The notes: generated by a model from the sequence alone, not told the origin. A DNA stretch of 64,000 nucleotides from Octopus bimaculoides (GCF_001194135.2 NC_068986.1:97384385-97448384); one strand, 5' to 3'; shown: positions 14,415 to 27,319, numbered from the stretch's first letter. Numbers and translations: made by a program.

Positions 14415-14600
14415 TTAGAGGATGGGGATTAGTCGAATACATCGGAGCCGGTTCGCAGCTGGTACTTCTTTTATCGAGCTCAAAAGGATGAGAGGATATG
14501 TCGATCTGAGTGGCATATTGTACACGGAAATACGCCGTAAGAAATGTTGCTAATTATTTTGTCCGGCATGGTTACGATTCTGCCAACTCACCGCTTTGAA
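14415..14600 (-). mobile_element. Degenerate tRNA-derived SINE
   Basis: Reverse strand gives a GCGGTGAGTTGGCAGAATCG head and a CTCTCATCCTTTTGAGCTCGATAAAAG..GTACCAG core, like the SINEs at 48689-49080. Confidence 0.55.
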
Positions 14601-14689
14601 AAGAAAATAGTAATAATAATGATTTTTGATTTAGGAACAATGATTTTGAGTGATGCGAGGTTATTTATTCTATCAAACTCAATACATGA

Positions 14690-14825
14690 TTAGGGCTTTA
14701 TTTTATAAATTCTGGAAAGACCAAAGGCAAAGTTGAATTCGACAGGTTTTGAACTCAGAACATAAAGATCCGGCAGTCATATCAAAAAATATTTCTTTCG
14801 CCGCGTTATCCATTCTGCTTTCTCA
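14690..14825 (-). mobile_element. Degenerate tRNA-derived SINE
   Basis: Reverse strand GTTCTGAGTTCAAAACC (B-box-like) followed by a CTTTGCCTTTG..CTTTCC core. Confidence 0.5.
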
Positions 14826-16046
14826 TGTCAAAATCCTTTAAACTTCGTTATTTAATCCGAATAAATCGATTGAACTTTAAATATTCTTTGTTCTACCTGG
14901 CAGTATTTATATCCTAACATAATTAAACATATTATTCCAACATATCTCCAGCTTGATGATAAGTCCGTGTTTCCCAGTTGGTTATATGGACAGTATGTTG
15001 TGTACAATCATACAATTAACAAATCTTTTTAAATGGATAGCTTTTAAATGATTCGTCACAAATTGCTCTCAATAGATTTATTAGCAGCGAAATTCTTTCA
15101 CTCTCTTTACAGGAAGACTCTGTCCATTTCCGGCAGTAAAAGGCAAATTTAAATAGAAGACAGATTTTAAACAATAATTGGTTTGATACTCTTATAATGC
15201 AGTAATATCATTTCATTAATGATACTTAAATAATTTGACATAATTTTATTACATGGAGAGAAAGAAACTATTGTGTTAATGAGGTGAATTAATATTGACA
15301 TCAAATTATAGGATATGAACGGATATATATTTAAATTAAATATTCTATATATATATATATATATATNNNNNNNNNNNNNNNNNNNNNNNNNNNNNNNNNN
15401 NNNNNNNNNNNNNNNNNNNNNNNNNNNNNNNNNNNNNNNNNNNNNNNNNNNNNNNNNNNNNNNNNNNNNNNNNNNNNNNNNNNNNNNNNNNNNNNNNNNN
15501 NNNNNNNNNNNNNNNNNNNNNNNNNNNNNNNNNNNNNNNNNNNNNNNNNNNNNNNNNNNNNNNNNNNNNNNNNNNNNNNNNNNNNNNNNNNNNNNNNNNN
15601 NNNNNNNNNNNNNNNNNNNNNNNNNNNNNNNNNNNNNNNNNNNNNNNNNNNNNNNNNNNNNNNNNNNNNNNNNNNNNNNNNNNNNNNNNNNNNNNNNNNN
15701 NNNNNNNNNNNNNNNNNNNNNNNNNNNNNNNNNNNNNNNNNNNNNNNNNNNNNNNNNNNNNNNNNNNNNNNNNNNNNNNNNNNNNNNNNNNNNNNNNNNN
15801 NNNNNNNNNNNNNNNNNNNNNNNNNNNNNNNNNNNNNNNNNNNNNNNNNNNNNNNNNNNNNNNNNNNNNNNNNNNNNNNNNNNNNNNNNNNNNNNNNNNN
15901 NNNNNNNNNNNNNNNNNNNNNNNNNNNNNNNNNNNNNNNNNNNNNNNNNNNNNNNNNNNNNNNNNNNNNNNNNNNNNNNNNNNNNNNNNNNNNNNNNNNN
16001 NNNNNNNNNNNNNNNNNNNNNNNNNNNNNNNNNNNNNNNNNNNNNN

Positions 16047-16093
<47 letters not shown>

Positions 16094-16642
16094 TACATAT
16101 ACACAAACATATACATACATAAATACAAAAAACACACATACATTGACGCACACACACACATTCGCACGGGCAAGCAACTAAACATGGAGACATATAATGT
16201 AATATGTGCTGCAAACTTGTGAAAGTCGGAGATGGGCTCGTTAGGCCAATAATTGCGTATTATTTAGAATTACTAGACCAGTGATTTGACATAAATGATA
16301 TAGTATGCTCTAAATGTTTGATAGTCTCGCATATTCATATCAGTTTATGAGCGAAAGTGAACACTGTTATAATGACGTTTATTAATATTGATATTGAATT
16401 ATAGGACAGATGAATGTATGGAACTGTCAATCTTAATCTGAATTACGGTAAATTATGGTAACCTTTTCGAACATTCTAATACACAAGGGTTACCTGGCGC
16501 ATTACAGAATAGAGGTGATTTAACATCGATTTCTTCCAGCGAGCAATAGTTTTCCTTACAGGAAAAGTCGAAATCGATATCCGTTTAACGTATACATACA
16601 TACATACACACATACATACATACATACATACATACATACATA

Positions 16643-16644
<2 letters not shown>

Positions 16645-16674
<30 letters not shown>

Positions 16675-16928
16675 GCTCTCCGTCGCTTACGACGTCGAGG
16701 GTTCCAGTTGATCCGATCAACGGAACAGCCTGCTCGTGAAATTAACGTGCAAGTGGCTGAACACTCCACAGACACGTGTACCCTTAACGTAGTTCTCGGG
16801 GATATTCAGCGTGACACAGTGACAAGGCTGACCCTTTGAATTACAGGCACAACAGAAACAGGAAGTAAGAGTGAGAGAAAGTTGTGGTGGAAGAGTACAG
16901 CAGGGTTCGCCACCATCTCCTGTCGGAG
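16645..16928 (-). mobile_element. Retroposed element (SINE or 5'-truncated LINE 3' UTR) with (CAA)n tail, lying within a (TACA)n tract
   Basis: About 250 bp of GC-richer sequence ending on the minus strand in (CAA)n (plus-strand (TTG)n 16645-16674); (TACA)n on both flanks; two 3'-terminal hairpins at 16681-16694 and 16701-16726. Confidence 0.75.
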
Positions 16929-17129
16929 ATACATACATACATACATACATACATACATACATACATACATACATACATAAATAAATACATACATACATAG
17001 GTATATACATCTAAGTACTAGATATACCTAAATGTATTTATGTATGTATATATGTATGTATGTATGTATGTATTTGTGTATGTTTGTATGCATGTATGGT
17101 ATGTATATGCATGTTCTCAATCGCCTGTA

Positions 17130-17705
17130 GTGCTGCTCCTAACTGTTGGTACCGCAGAGTGTGAAACTGGTAGTAGGACTTAATGCAAACCACTGCCACT
17201 ACACAAAAAAGGATTCGGTGGAACAGATGACCTTCTTGGGGAGGTTAAAAGAACTGAAACGCTACTCTCTAGAGAGAAAGCCTGAAAGATATGCAATGAT
17301 ATGCATATGGAAGATCCTGCAATTTCAAGCTCTTAACTTTAGAATTGAAAGATATACCAATGACCAAACTAGACGGCAATGGATACAAGCAAAGATCCTG
17401 TCTTCTCTTTTCAGAATAAGGTCACAGTACTTTAACAGCCTGGCTTTCAAGGATCCTCAATTGTTCAACATCTTACCAAACAACCTGAAATATTAACGAG
17501 GTGTAGGTGTGGATGTCTTCAAAGAAAGTCTGGACAAATTTATATCCGAAATACCAGATCTACGCACATCGTGGCAGGAGATACGAAGAAGAGCAGCTCT
17601 TGTCCAACGCGCTTCTTCACCTGAAAATAGTACAGAAAGGAAACCCAAACACACTGAAAGGTGACTCTTCAGCATAGTCTCAGACCCTGGCTGAAACCAG
17701 TAAAC
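17130..17705 (+). mobile_element. 5'-truncated CR1/Jockey-group LINE, ORF2 C-terminus plus 3' UTR (decayed)
   Basis: Translates to RLKELKRYSLERKPERYAMICIWKIL...DPQLFNILPNNLKY*RGVGVDVFKESLDKFISEIPD, matching the post-RT C-terminal motifs of CR1/Jockey-like ORF2; paralogous to 63690-64000. Confidence 0.8.
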
Positions 17706-18649
17706 GAGGTGTGTGTGTGTGTACGAATTTAAATGTAATTAATGTTCCACTGCTATTTCTAGTTTCGCAAAGGACCCGAAAATATAGCCAATGATTTCTT
17801 TCAAAACTGTTGCCTTTGCTGTTTCTTTTGTTGGTAATTATAAAATTTCATATTTCTTTAATGAATATCTGCTGAACAACTTTTCTTTTATGCAGTTTCT
17901 GAATGTCTTATCAGTTTTCAAATTATTTTCGACCTGTAATTTTTCTTCAAAGACAATTAAGAGGAAAAATATATTTGCAAAAGAGAAAAGCCACTAAAAC
18001 GTCAATAACACGATGTTTTAAAATTACTGTGGTCATATATATGTACATATACATATAAACACACACATACATACATACATAAATATATGTGTGTGGGGGT
18101 GCATGTGTCCATGTTCGTGTGTACGTATGTAGAAACGCAGTTTTCTCACGAAATATCTCGCAAGTTGCCAGTAATTACTGAAATACAAAATATGAAATAC
18201 TCATCTTTCAAATACGTCTGGTACTGTTTTATCACAAAGATACTGACCAACCGAAATTGGATATTGTTCATGCTGTGCATATATGTGCGAGTGTGTGCGT
18301 GTACGTGTACACACACACACGCACACACACCTACACATACACACACAATACACACATTTGTGTGTGTGCGTGTGTGTCAAGATATATATATATATATATA
18401 TATATATAAACATACACATATATATGTATTTGTATGTGGCTACGTGTTTTTCTCTTTGAACTTACGTCTTTTAATTTAAATGGATATCAGGAAAGCAGTT
18501 TAGAAATTCAAAAATTAATTGTGGAAACAAGACAGTTTAGGGCTTCTTTGATATAAGAAAATTAGCGGAGTGTGTGATAGGATGCGAAATATGTATAGTG
18601 TCTCAATGAAAGTAAATTGAGAAAGGGAGAGAAGAAGAGGTAGAAGTAG

Positions 18650-18745
18650 AAGCAGCAGCAGCAGCAGAAGAAGAAGAAGAAGAAGAAGAAGAAGAAGAAG
18701 AAGAAGAAGAAGAAAGCGAAAGAAATAAATAGATAGATATATAGA

Positions 18746-18792
<47 letters not shown>
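18650..18792. repeat. Compound (GCA)n(GAA)n and (GA)n microsatellites
   Basis: Directly visible. Confidence 0.95.
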
Positions 18793-18797
<5 letters not shown>

Positions 18798-19789
18798 AGA
18801 AAGAGATTGAGGTAAATGTTATTTTACTTTTCACTCTGTTAAACACTAGATAAGTAGTCAATCAAAATTAACATTATCGGTCGCAGCTTTTCGTCTGTAG
18901 ATTTTAGTTGCAGATGTGTGCGCGTGTGTGGTGTGAGAAGTACGTGTGATTGTATGTGTGTGTGTGTGCGTGAGTGAATGATTGAGAGTGTCTAAAAAGC
19001 TGGTTAGACATAATTTGCTGTTATCGCTGTGATGACTGTTCAAACCGTTCATTACACCGGTTGTGCAGATATATGTATGTGTGTATATATGTACATACAC
19101 ACAGGCGTCCATCCACCACTCTATCCATCCATACATAGGTACGTACATGCCTGCATACATATATATGTATATTCATACACACACACGCGCGCGCTCACCC
19201 CACGTGAGATAAAACATGTTCTGTTTTATCATAACTGTCCGACGATCGTTCTTGTGAAACTATGAGTAACTGTTTCTGAAGTCTTTTCTTTTACGGGTTT
19301 AACGTAATAGTATTTTGCCCTACCTTTTTGAAATTCAAGTGCTATGTTCTTACCTTGTTTTGCACTTATGTGCTTATTTGTGTATGTTTGTGTGTGCGTG
19401 AGTGCGAGTTGCTGTCGGTGTCTGCATGTTTCTGTGTGTGTGGTGTGAGCATGTGTTTGTGTGTTTGTGTATGTGTGTGTATGTATGTGTGTGCTTATGC
19501 ACGTACGTGTGTGTGTGTAACTATAGCTATAGCAGAAACACTTGTTTGAAATGATGTGCAATGGGACTGAAATATGAATTCGTGTGTTTGTCAAGAGAAA
19601 TTCTTTGCTGCATATACACATTCACACGTAAATGCAAGTGTATATGCATGTGTATTTATGTATGTGAGCGTCTGTGTGTTTGCGGGCACCTAATATATTA
19701 AGTTCCGGGCAATGCATATACTTCAAGTATACATTATGTATTGTATTACGAAGCAAGGAACAACACTACAACTAAGTCGAAAATATATC

Positions 19790-19960
19790 CCGCTCGGCGG
19801 CGAAATAACAGAGTCCGAAATAATTCTTTTGTAGTGTTTGTTCGTCACATTTCCCTGAGTTCAAGAGTCGTCTTGGCAAATTTTCCATCCTTTCTTTCTG
19901 ATTGATACTTAAAGTACCAATCTTGCATGTGATCGATTGAACCACCAGAGGTTCCTACAC
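19790..19960 (+). mobile_element. Degenerate tRNA-derived SINE
   Basis: GGCGGCGAAAT head, CTGAGTTCAAG B-box-like motif, TTTTCCATCCTTT...AAAGTACCA core. Confidence 0.45.
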
Positions 19961-20689
19961 CTAAATATAATTGGCGTGGGTACATAGGTTAAATTTTCAT
20001 TGAAGTCTGATTCCACTAGAACATTGTTGTAGTATGGGAAGAATTTTGAAAGTTCGTTTCGTCTGAGATGTCGAAAATATGTTTTCTGATAATATTTGTA
20101 ACGAGTTTGATGATTGCTGGGGGGCTATTTCAACCTCTTTTTATATAGCTAGTTTTTTTTCTTTTCGTTTTCGTTAGCAACGAGGCAATATTTACCTGTA
20201 GTAAAATTCGTTTTCACATTTTGGTAATTGACCGTTTTCAGTTTATTGATAATTATCATTTTCTCGTGTGTATACCCTAATTAGATATTTCCCTAATGCA
20301 ATCCCTATCATTTCTATTATTCTTCTGTAACAAACCCTACTCCCTCGTCACAGTAGAATCAAACTTGCCTTCAGAATTTTGATTCCCATATACATTGAAA
20401 ACTTCCAGAGTGGTGGAATATGGAACTCCGAGGAAGTCGGATAAGTTGTCATTTTGCATTTTAACCCTTGAAGCTAGCGTTCACATGTCCAGTTGCATCG
20501 GTTTTAACTTTACTTTGAAACACTGTGTTGGCTTGTGAGAATTGTGTGCATGCGAAGCTGGTAACTTTCCGCGATAATTCTTCAACAAGTAATTCAATTT
20601 GAAGTGGAAGATAATGAAACCGCATTTAACAAAAGACAAGACAAAAATATCATATGTGCATATATGTATACATACATGCATGCATAGAT

Positions 20690-20787
20690 GCATGCATGCA
20701 TACATGCATGCATACATAAATGCATACATGGATAGGCAGGTGTGTATGTCCAGTTGTGAGTAAATGTATAGGCTATCTACCTGTCTG

Positions 20788-20839
<52 letters not shown>

Positions 20840-20848
20840 ATCTATCTA

Positions 20849-20916
<68 letters not shown>

Positions 20917-20935
20917 GCCTGCCTGTCTGTCTGTT
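20690..20935. repeat. (ATGC)n and (TATC)n microsatellites
   Basis: Directly visible. Confidence 0.95.
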
Positions 20936-21019
20936 TTTTTAAACTGTAAAAGGTAAATTCGAACTAAGTTGGTGACTACGTCTTTATTTACAATTTTATA
21001 TTTCTTAATTATTTCTTTG

Positions 21020-22760
21020 TGTAGAAGCTTATGGTATAGATCTACATCTACATTGTAGGTGGTCTTTACCGCGACGACGCACTATTTTAAATTAGAAATA
21101 CCTCCAAAAGAAAAATTCAGCTATATAAAAAAATATTACGTAACTTCTTCAAAAACCGAAGTCTTCTCATCACCATTGAAAGAGATTACAACCCAGTGAA
21201 CTTCTTAGACGATAACTTTAACCTTAATACATCCTCTTATCAACCTTGCCATAAACCTAACAATAATATCACACGCATACATGCACAAAGTAGCCATCCT
21301 TATAATATATCATTAAAATTCAGCCTCTAACAAAGAAAGTTGAATTAACTTATTATCATCCAATGAGGAGATCTTTAACAAGCACAAATACTACTATAAT
21401 CTAGCACTTAAAATGACAGTATACACATATCGAATTAAGTACAACAAAAACAATAGCACCTATTCTAATTATTCCAATAATTATGTAGATAAGAACAATC
21501 CCAACCATATTACTGAACCCACATCAACTGGTAAATTAGTAAACCCCGATACACAATTACATTCTCTCAATAATAATCATCAGCAATACATTAGCAACAG
21601 ACACAAAAACTACAACTACAATAAACATCATAATAATAAACTCTATAAATATGAGCACCATAACCATAGCCTCAATAATAGAACGAATAACACTAATTTG
21701 ATCAACTCACAAATCACCAAATACACTGTTAATAATGTAATTAAACCCAAGCCTTCTGACAATAAATACTGAAAACAAATAGATATAGATAGAAATAAGA
21801 ACATGAAACCTACACACTTAAAAAACCAAACGTATCCTACTACATCTCATCGTTCTAATATTTCACATAACCGCATAAATCATATTAATAAAGTTGCGAA
21901 TAATATAGAAAAAAAAAAGAAACCTATACCATATATAAGAATAGATGACCCACAAAATATAAACTACTACGATAATTAAGAAAACAACAATAACATCATT
22001 AGGATCAAAATTCCACTTGCAAAACATCTAAAATCTAATTTTATTAAATCCATTAGAAACATTATCAAAAGAAACTTTAAAAACTCCAAATATGCAAAAA
22101 TATCTAATAACAAAATGATCAAGTTTGGACTTTCAGTATCTCCAAACCTATTTAGGATCATCTCTTCATTTAACAATAGGAAACTAGACTTAGACCAATT
22201 CTGTAATAAAAATAACTCCTTCTAATACACATACTAACCCCAATAATTTCATATCTGATACCAACAATTATCAGAATAACCAAACTTCAATTACTCCTAA
22301 TACATTTTGACATAACACTAGAGAACCAACTATTAATTCTAATTGTAATTGTAGAAATCCGAATACTTGTGAGGTAGATGGTAACTGTAAAATGAAAGAT
22401 GTAGTATACTAAGCAACAATTACTATCCATCAACTCTAAATTTACTTACATCGGATGTACACAAAATTCTTTCAAATTATGATTAAATAATCAAAGATCA
22501 TCGTTTAATACCCCTAGAAAAAAATAGCACAGGTCTATACAAAAAGGTTTGGCAACTGAAAAGAACCAATGCAGATTACTCGATTTCTTGGAAAATACTT
22601 TCTTCAGCTCCATCTTATAGACATAACAAGATCTGCAAATTATGCCTCGAAGAAAGTTAAAAAATAAAGAAAATGAACGGTTTCCTATAAATTCGAGAGA
22701 CGAAAAAAGTTCTTTGTTGCAGACATATGTCAAAATTACTTTCTATTAGTCTTAAATAAT
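21020..22760 (+). mobile_element. Penelope-like retroelement relic: C-terminal RT, linker and GIY-YIG endonuclease, with stops and frameshifts
   Basis: GLYRDDAL at 21061; VNFLDDNFNLNTSSYQPCHKPNNN..IHAQSSHP; SSNEEIFNKHKYYYNLALK; linker ..SVSPNLFRIISSFNNRKL; CNCRNPNTCEVDGNC..VVY, YIGCTQNSFK, WKILSSAPSYRHNKICKLCLEE (about 22340-22700). Confidence 0.9.
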
Positions 22761-23104
22761 CTTTCCACACCCTACCTAAACGACTTTCATCTTATTCCTT
22801 CTCCGTATATTTTAGTTTTTTGTATAATACATAACTCTATATTATTACTACCTATATATGATTTCTATTCTACATTACTCTCTACTTTAATTATCTTACA
22901 CTACTTGGATATTCGTATGTTATTCTACCATCCCCACCTATATGTTGTATGAATTTCATTTTATTAATATCAAACGTATACCAAATATTCATATACCTTC
23001 CCCTCTTTCTCAATATATATATTTTTACACAATGTTAGGACCGTTACTTCATATACATTATTTGTATGTAATCTATTTTTTCACAATATGTACTTAGAAA
23101 AACT

Positions 23105-23136
23105 TGTCTCACTTATTCTAAATATTATTATTATTC

Positions 23137-23195
<59 letters not shown>

Positions 23196-23270
23196 ATTAT
23201 TATTATTATTATTATTATCATCATCATCATTATCATCATTATTATTGTTGTTATTATTATTATTATTATT
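23105..23270. repeat. (ATT)n microsatellite, tail and target of the adjacent Dong-like element
   Basis: Directly visible. Confidence 0.95.
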
Positions 23271-23273
23271 GTT

Positions 23274-23670
23274 CAGTAGTTTTATTTTTATAACGTGCTT
23301 TCACTTCACTACCGAGCGCAGCTCTGTGCGCCTTGGGTATGTGCTCGAAGAAAGTAACACACCGACATCGTTTGTCAAGCTATCGTGTGGATACAGACAC
23401 ACAAACACACACATATGTGGTGCTCTTATGTTTACTGTATTGAAAGTGTTTTGCGTAGAATGTGTGCAGTACCCAGTAGTGCAATTTTCTGTATGTTATA
23501 TATATTTGTAAGTCCTGGTGTTTTTGTTATGTATTTGTCTGAATATTTTTTTATTATACCTAAGGCACCTACTATGATAGGAATTGTTTCTGTTTTTAGA
23601 CTCCACATTCGAGTTATCTCTATTTCCAGGTCTTTGTATTTTGAAAGTTTTTCCATTTCTTTTGAGAAAG
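23274..23670 (-). mobile_element. Young 5'-truncated R4/Dong-like (RLE) non-LTR retrotransposon 3' end
   Basis: ORF 23432-23656: MEKLSKYKDLEIEITRMW..PIIVGALG..QKIALLGTAHILRKTLSIQ (RLE C-terminus). 3' UTR nearly identical to 28456-28710 and 55040-55172; (TAA)n on both sides. Confidence 0.92.
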
Positions 23671-23709
23671 AGGAGAAGGTATATGAATATTTCGTATACG
23701 TTTGATATT

Positions 23710-23746
23710 AATATTATTATTATTATTATCATTATTATTATTAATA

Positions 23747-23821
<75 letters not shown>

Positions 23822-23825
23822 CATT
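23710..23825. repeat. (ATT)n microsatellite, 5' flank of the Dong-like element
   Basis: Directly visible. Confidence 0.95.
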
Positions 23826-24021
23826 AACTATTGCCAATATGTATGAAACTTTTTACTTTTTACTATTCATATATGCCAACACGTTTCTAATACTTTTTCG
23901 GTGACTATTCTGCCCTTATATATCTTTTGTATTATTCTTTCCCCCCTCTTTTCTTCTTTCTTATTCGTAACCTATACTATTTGTATAATATNNNNNNNNN
24001 NNNNNNNNNNNNNNNNNNNNN

Positions 24022-24056
<35 letters not shown>

Positions 24057-25035
24057 ATGTATGTATGTATGTATGTATGTATGCATGTATGCATGCATGT
24101 ATATTTAAAATTTTCTACGCATGATCTCGGGTCACGTTATCCCTGAATCAAGTATATCTCTGATTACAAAGTAAAATAGCAAAATAGGCAACTTTGGATG
24201 ACAGACTTATAGGAAAATTTGCTTCGGAAAGATTTTGCCAAAAGAAAAAAAATTCTCGAAAGATAATGAAAACTTAAATAAAAAATTAGATTCCTTACAA
24301 AACAGATGATTGCGTATCGATTTTCTAGATAGAATCGGGAACACTATTTTATTGTATAATTGACCACCATTTCTACGTTCTTATGAGACTTCGCTATAAG
24401 TGGTTTATACGTAGAACTCCAGTTAGAACGTATGACTTATAATGATATATGATCATTTACTAACGTCAGTTATTCGCCTATTGCTATTTTGCTCCAATGT
24501 CTATAAATTCTTCAGTCGATTATATCGATTCTAGAAGTTATTCTGTTTCTTTTATAGACAACTATTAATCGAATGGCTAATTCCATTTTTCGAATACAGC
24601 GACATAACCACGCGCTAAATGTCCTCGTCACGCCAATTTTCACCGGTACGCTTTTGGTTCTCCATCGAATACGATGTTGGCTGTTTTTCATACATTTGTG
24701 GAGAATTTTATATCCCAATACATAAAGTCCACCTTCAGTTGCAGAAGGTCAGTAAATGTTTGTTGATGGACAAGTCCTACCTCGGCATATATATGTCTTT
24801 TCATGCCTCTCCTGATTTTGCAGAGTCTCCTTCTCTCCTATAAAACCAATACTTTTTCAAAAGTGAGACCACTTAAATGAGGAGTGGGCAGCGGTGTCTC
24901 CCTTCTTAGGAAGATTCATTATGCACCTTTTTAAGCTGATTATAACTGAACTTCAAAACTTCGTTTTCTTCTCTATCCAGACGTTCAGCAAATTTTACAT
25001 TTTCGTAAATCATCTTACTTCCAAGACAAATGTCA

Positions 25036-25250
25036 GCCACGTAAACACACCGACATCGTTTGTCAAGCTATCGTGTGGATACAGACGCACAAACACACAC
25101 ATATACGACGGGCTTCATTCAGGCTCCGTCTTCCAAATCCACTCACAAATCCACACATTGGTCGGTGTGAGGCTATAGTAGAAGACACTTGCCCATGGTG
25201 CCACGCAGTGGGACTGAAGCAGGAACCATGTGGTTGGTAAGCAAGCTACT
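25036..25250 (-). mobile_element. tRNA-derived SINE (5' two-thirds)
   Basis: Reverse strand AGTAGCTTGCTTACCAACCACATGGTTCCTGCTTCAGTCCCACTGCGTGGCACC..GGGCAAGTGTCTTCTACTATAGCC (tRNA-like head plus core); paralogue at 63265-63385. Confidence 0.8.
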
Positions 25251-25775
25251 TGGATATCCTTTACTCAGAAAAAGAAATAGGGATTAGTGTCAAAGATGCA
25301 AATANNNNNNNNNNNNNNNNNNNNNNNNNNNNNNNNNNNNNNNNNNNNNNNNNNNNNNNNNNNNNNNNNNNTATATATATATATATTAATCGTGCCATGC
25401 GCACATTTATTGTGGTTTTAGAGTCAGGATTAGACTGCTATTTTTTCAGCGTGGGGTATCTCTTGATACCCTGTATTATAATTTTAAATAATTATTACCT
25501 TTGATGGTTTTTATTCCCATGCTGACCACTTGATAAGATCAATATTTTAAATATCGATCTTATCCTTATTTATATAAATATATATATAGATAGATAGATA
25601 TGTTGTAATATACATGTATATAATACACACAGACACACACAAGTATATATATGCATGTATGTATGTATGTACGTATATATGTATTGTATGCGATCGTGTT
25701 CTGTTTTCAGAAGCAGGATATGTGAATTATATGAAGTCATATGAAAATCGAAACCCTCATACAAAACTTGTATGA

Positions 25776-25931
25776 CTTAACCTGGACTTAAAAGATATAT
25801 GTAGTTCGCAAAAACATCCCTTCGGAATCAGATTGCCGAGAAATTTGAATACTATCTGTCACTTGTGTTTCAAACCCTATCTGACAGTAGCTGGTTTGAG
25901 GGACCATCGACAGATTGATTGTGGTGTGTGA
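25776..25931 (+). other. Short open frame encoding a single C2HC-type zinc-finger motif; origin unresolved (LINE C-terminus relic or exon)
   Basis: ..NTICHLCFKPYLTVAGLRDHRQIDCGV* fits C-x2-C-x3-(F/Y)-x5-L-x2-H-x4-C at 25857-25922. No Met; no clear in-frame splice acceptor. Confidence 0.35.
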
Positions 25932-25998
25932 TGGCGTACGATGGCGTATGACGTGTGTGTTGATGGTACAACTATCATCTGTCAAGATGAAGCAAGCG

Positions 25999-26029
<31 letters not shown>

Positions 26030-26394
26030 NNNNNNNNNNNNNNNNNNNNNNNNNNNNNNNNNNNNNNNNNNNNNNNNNNNNNNNNNNNNNNNNNNNNNNN
26101 NNNNNNNNNNNNNNNNNNNNNNNNNNNNNNNNNNNNNNNNNNNNNNNNNNNNNNNNNNNNNNNNNNNNNNNNNNNNNNNNNNNNNNNNNNNNNNNNNNNN
26201 NNNNNNNNNNNNNNNNNNNNNNNNNNNNNNNNNNNNNNNNNNNNNNNNNNNNNNNNNNNNNNNNNNNNNNNNNNNNNNNNNNNNNNNNNNNNNNNNNNNN
26301 NNNNNNNNNNNNNNNNNNNNNNNNNNNNNNNNNNNNNNNNNNNNNNNNNNNNNNNNNNNNNNNGCGTGTGTTTGTGAATGTACGAAATTGACAT

Positions 26395-26966
26395 AACGTG
26401 AATGCAAAAGGTGTCATGACAATGTGGCAAGAATGATCCACCGGTAGCGTTGTTGAAATTATCGTCTAGAAAGATCAAAGACAGTATGACTAAATCCCAG
26501 AGTGAGTTACTGAGAATAAGGATTGTAAAATCCTATGGGATTCAATAATTCAGTGTGACCATCAGATTAAACATAAAAAAAAAACCTGACATTACTGTAA
26601 TGAACAGAAAAGAAAAAAAAAACAAACCTGATAATTGACTTAGCAGAGAAAAAAAGAAGTAAAACTGAACGACTATGATGAATGGAGGTGGGAATTACGC
26701 AGGTTGTGGGCAATGAAGAGAATGGGCGTGATAGAAATAGTGATTAGTGCACTTGGAAGTATCAGAACACAACTACCAACGTAGTTCAAAAAGATGGGAA
26801 CGAGTGTAAAGATAGAACATCTATAAAAATCCTCATTGCTTGTAACTTAAAGAATCTTCCGTAGGGTTCTTGAAGCATGATCAGTAAACAAGTTTCACCA
26901 TAATCTACAAGGTGTGAACAGCTGGCACGTTCCATGATATCCAGCAAAATAAAGCTGAGGTTTTTC

Positions 26967-26968
<2 letters not shown>
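26395..26968 (+). mobile_element. Decayed R4/Dong-like element 3' end with (TAA)n tail (26968-27020)
   Basis: KRCHDNVARMIH, ENKDCKILWDF, KPDITV, LRRLW..IVISALG, RIFRRVLEA*; then a 3' UTR and (TAA)n. Confidence 0.85.
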
Positions 26969-27024
<56 letters not shown>

Positions 27025-27059
27025 TGATGATAAACGCTCCCTTCAATGGCGACGTATGA

Positions 27060-27319
27060 GCATTCAGCTTTTTGCAGAACGAACGGCATAAATGATTTGT
27101 CTACAGTGGTCAAATCTTCGTACCGCACATTGGCCCACTTTCTCCAAATCGACGTTGTTTGAACAGGTGCACAGTGACCACTCGTCAGGTGTTGAAGTGA
27201 ACGCAGATCAACGTGAGATGAATTGTTTTCCACAAGAACATAACACATCAGCCGGTCTAGGAATTAAAATCTCAATCGCTAAATCAAGAGTGCAATAGCC
27301 TAACTATGCCATGCACCCT

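Noticed and set aside
16895-16928. Minus-strand GGCGAACCCTGCTG resembling the J4/2-P2 end of HDV-like ribozymes
   Set aside because: The upstream P1, P2 and P3 partners are absent in this copy, so a fold cannot be supported.
24500-24850. GC-richer segment with partial open frames on the minus strand
   Set aside because: Multiple stops in every frame and no motif I could assign.
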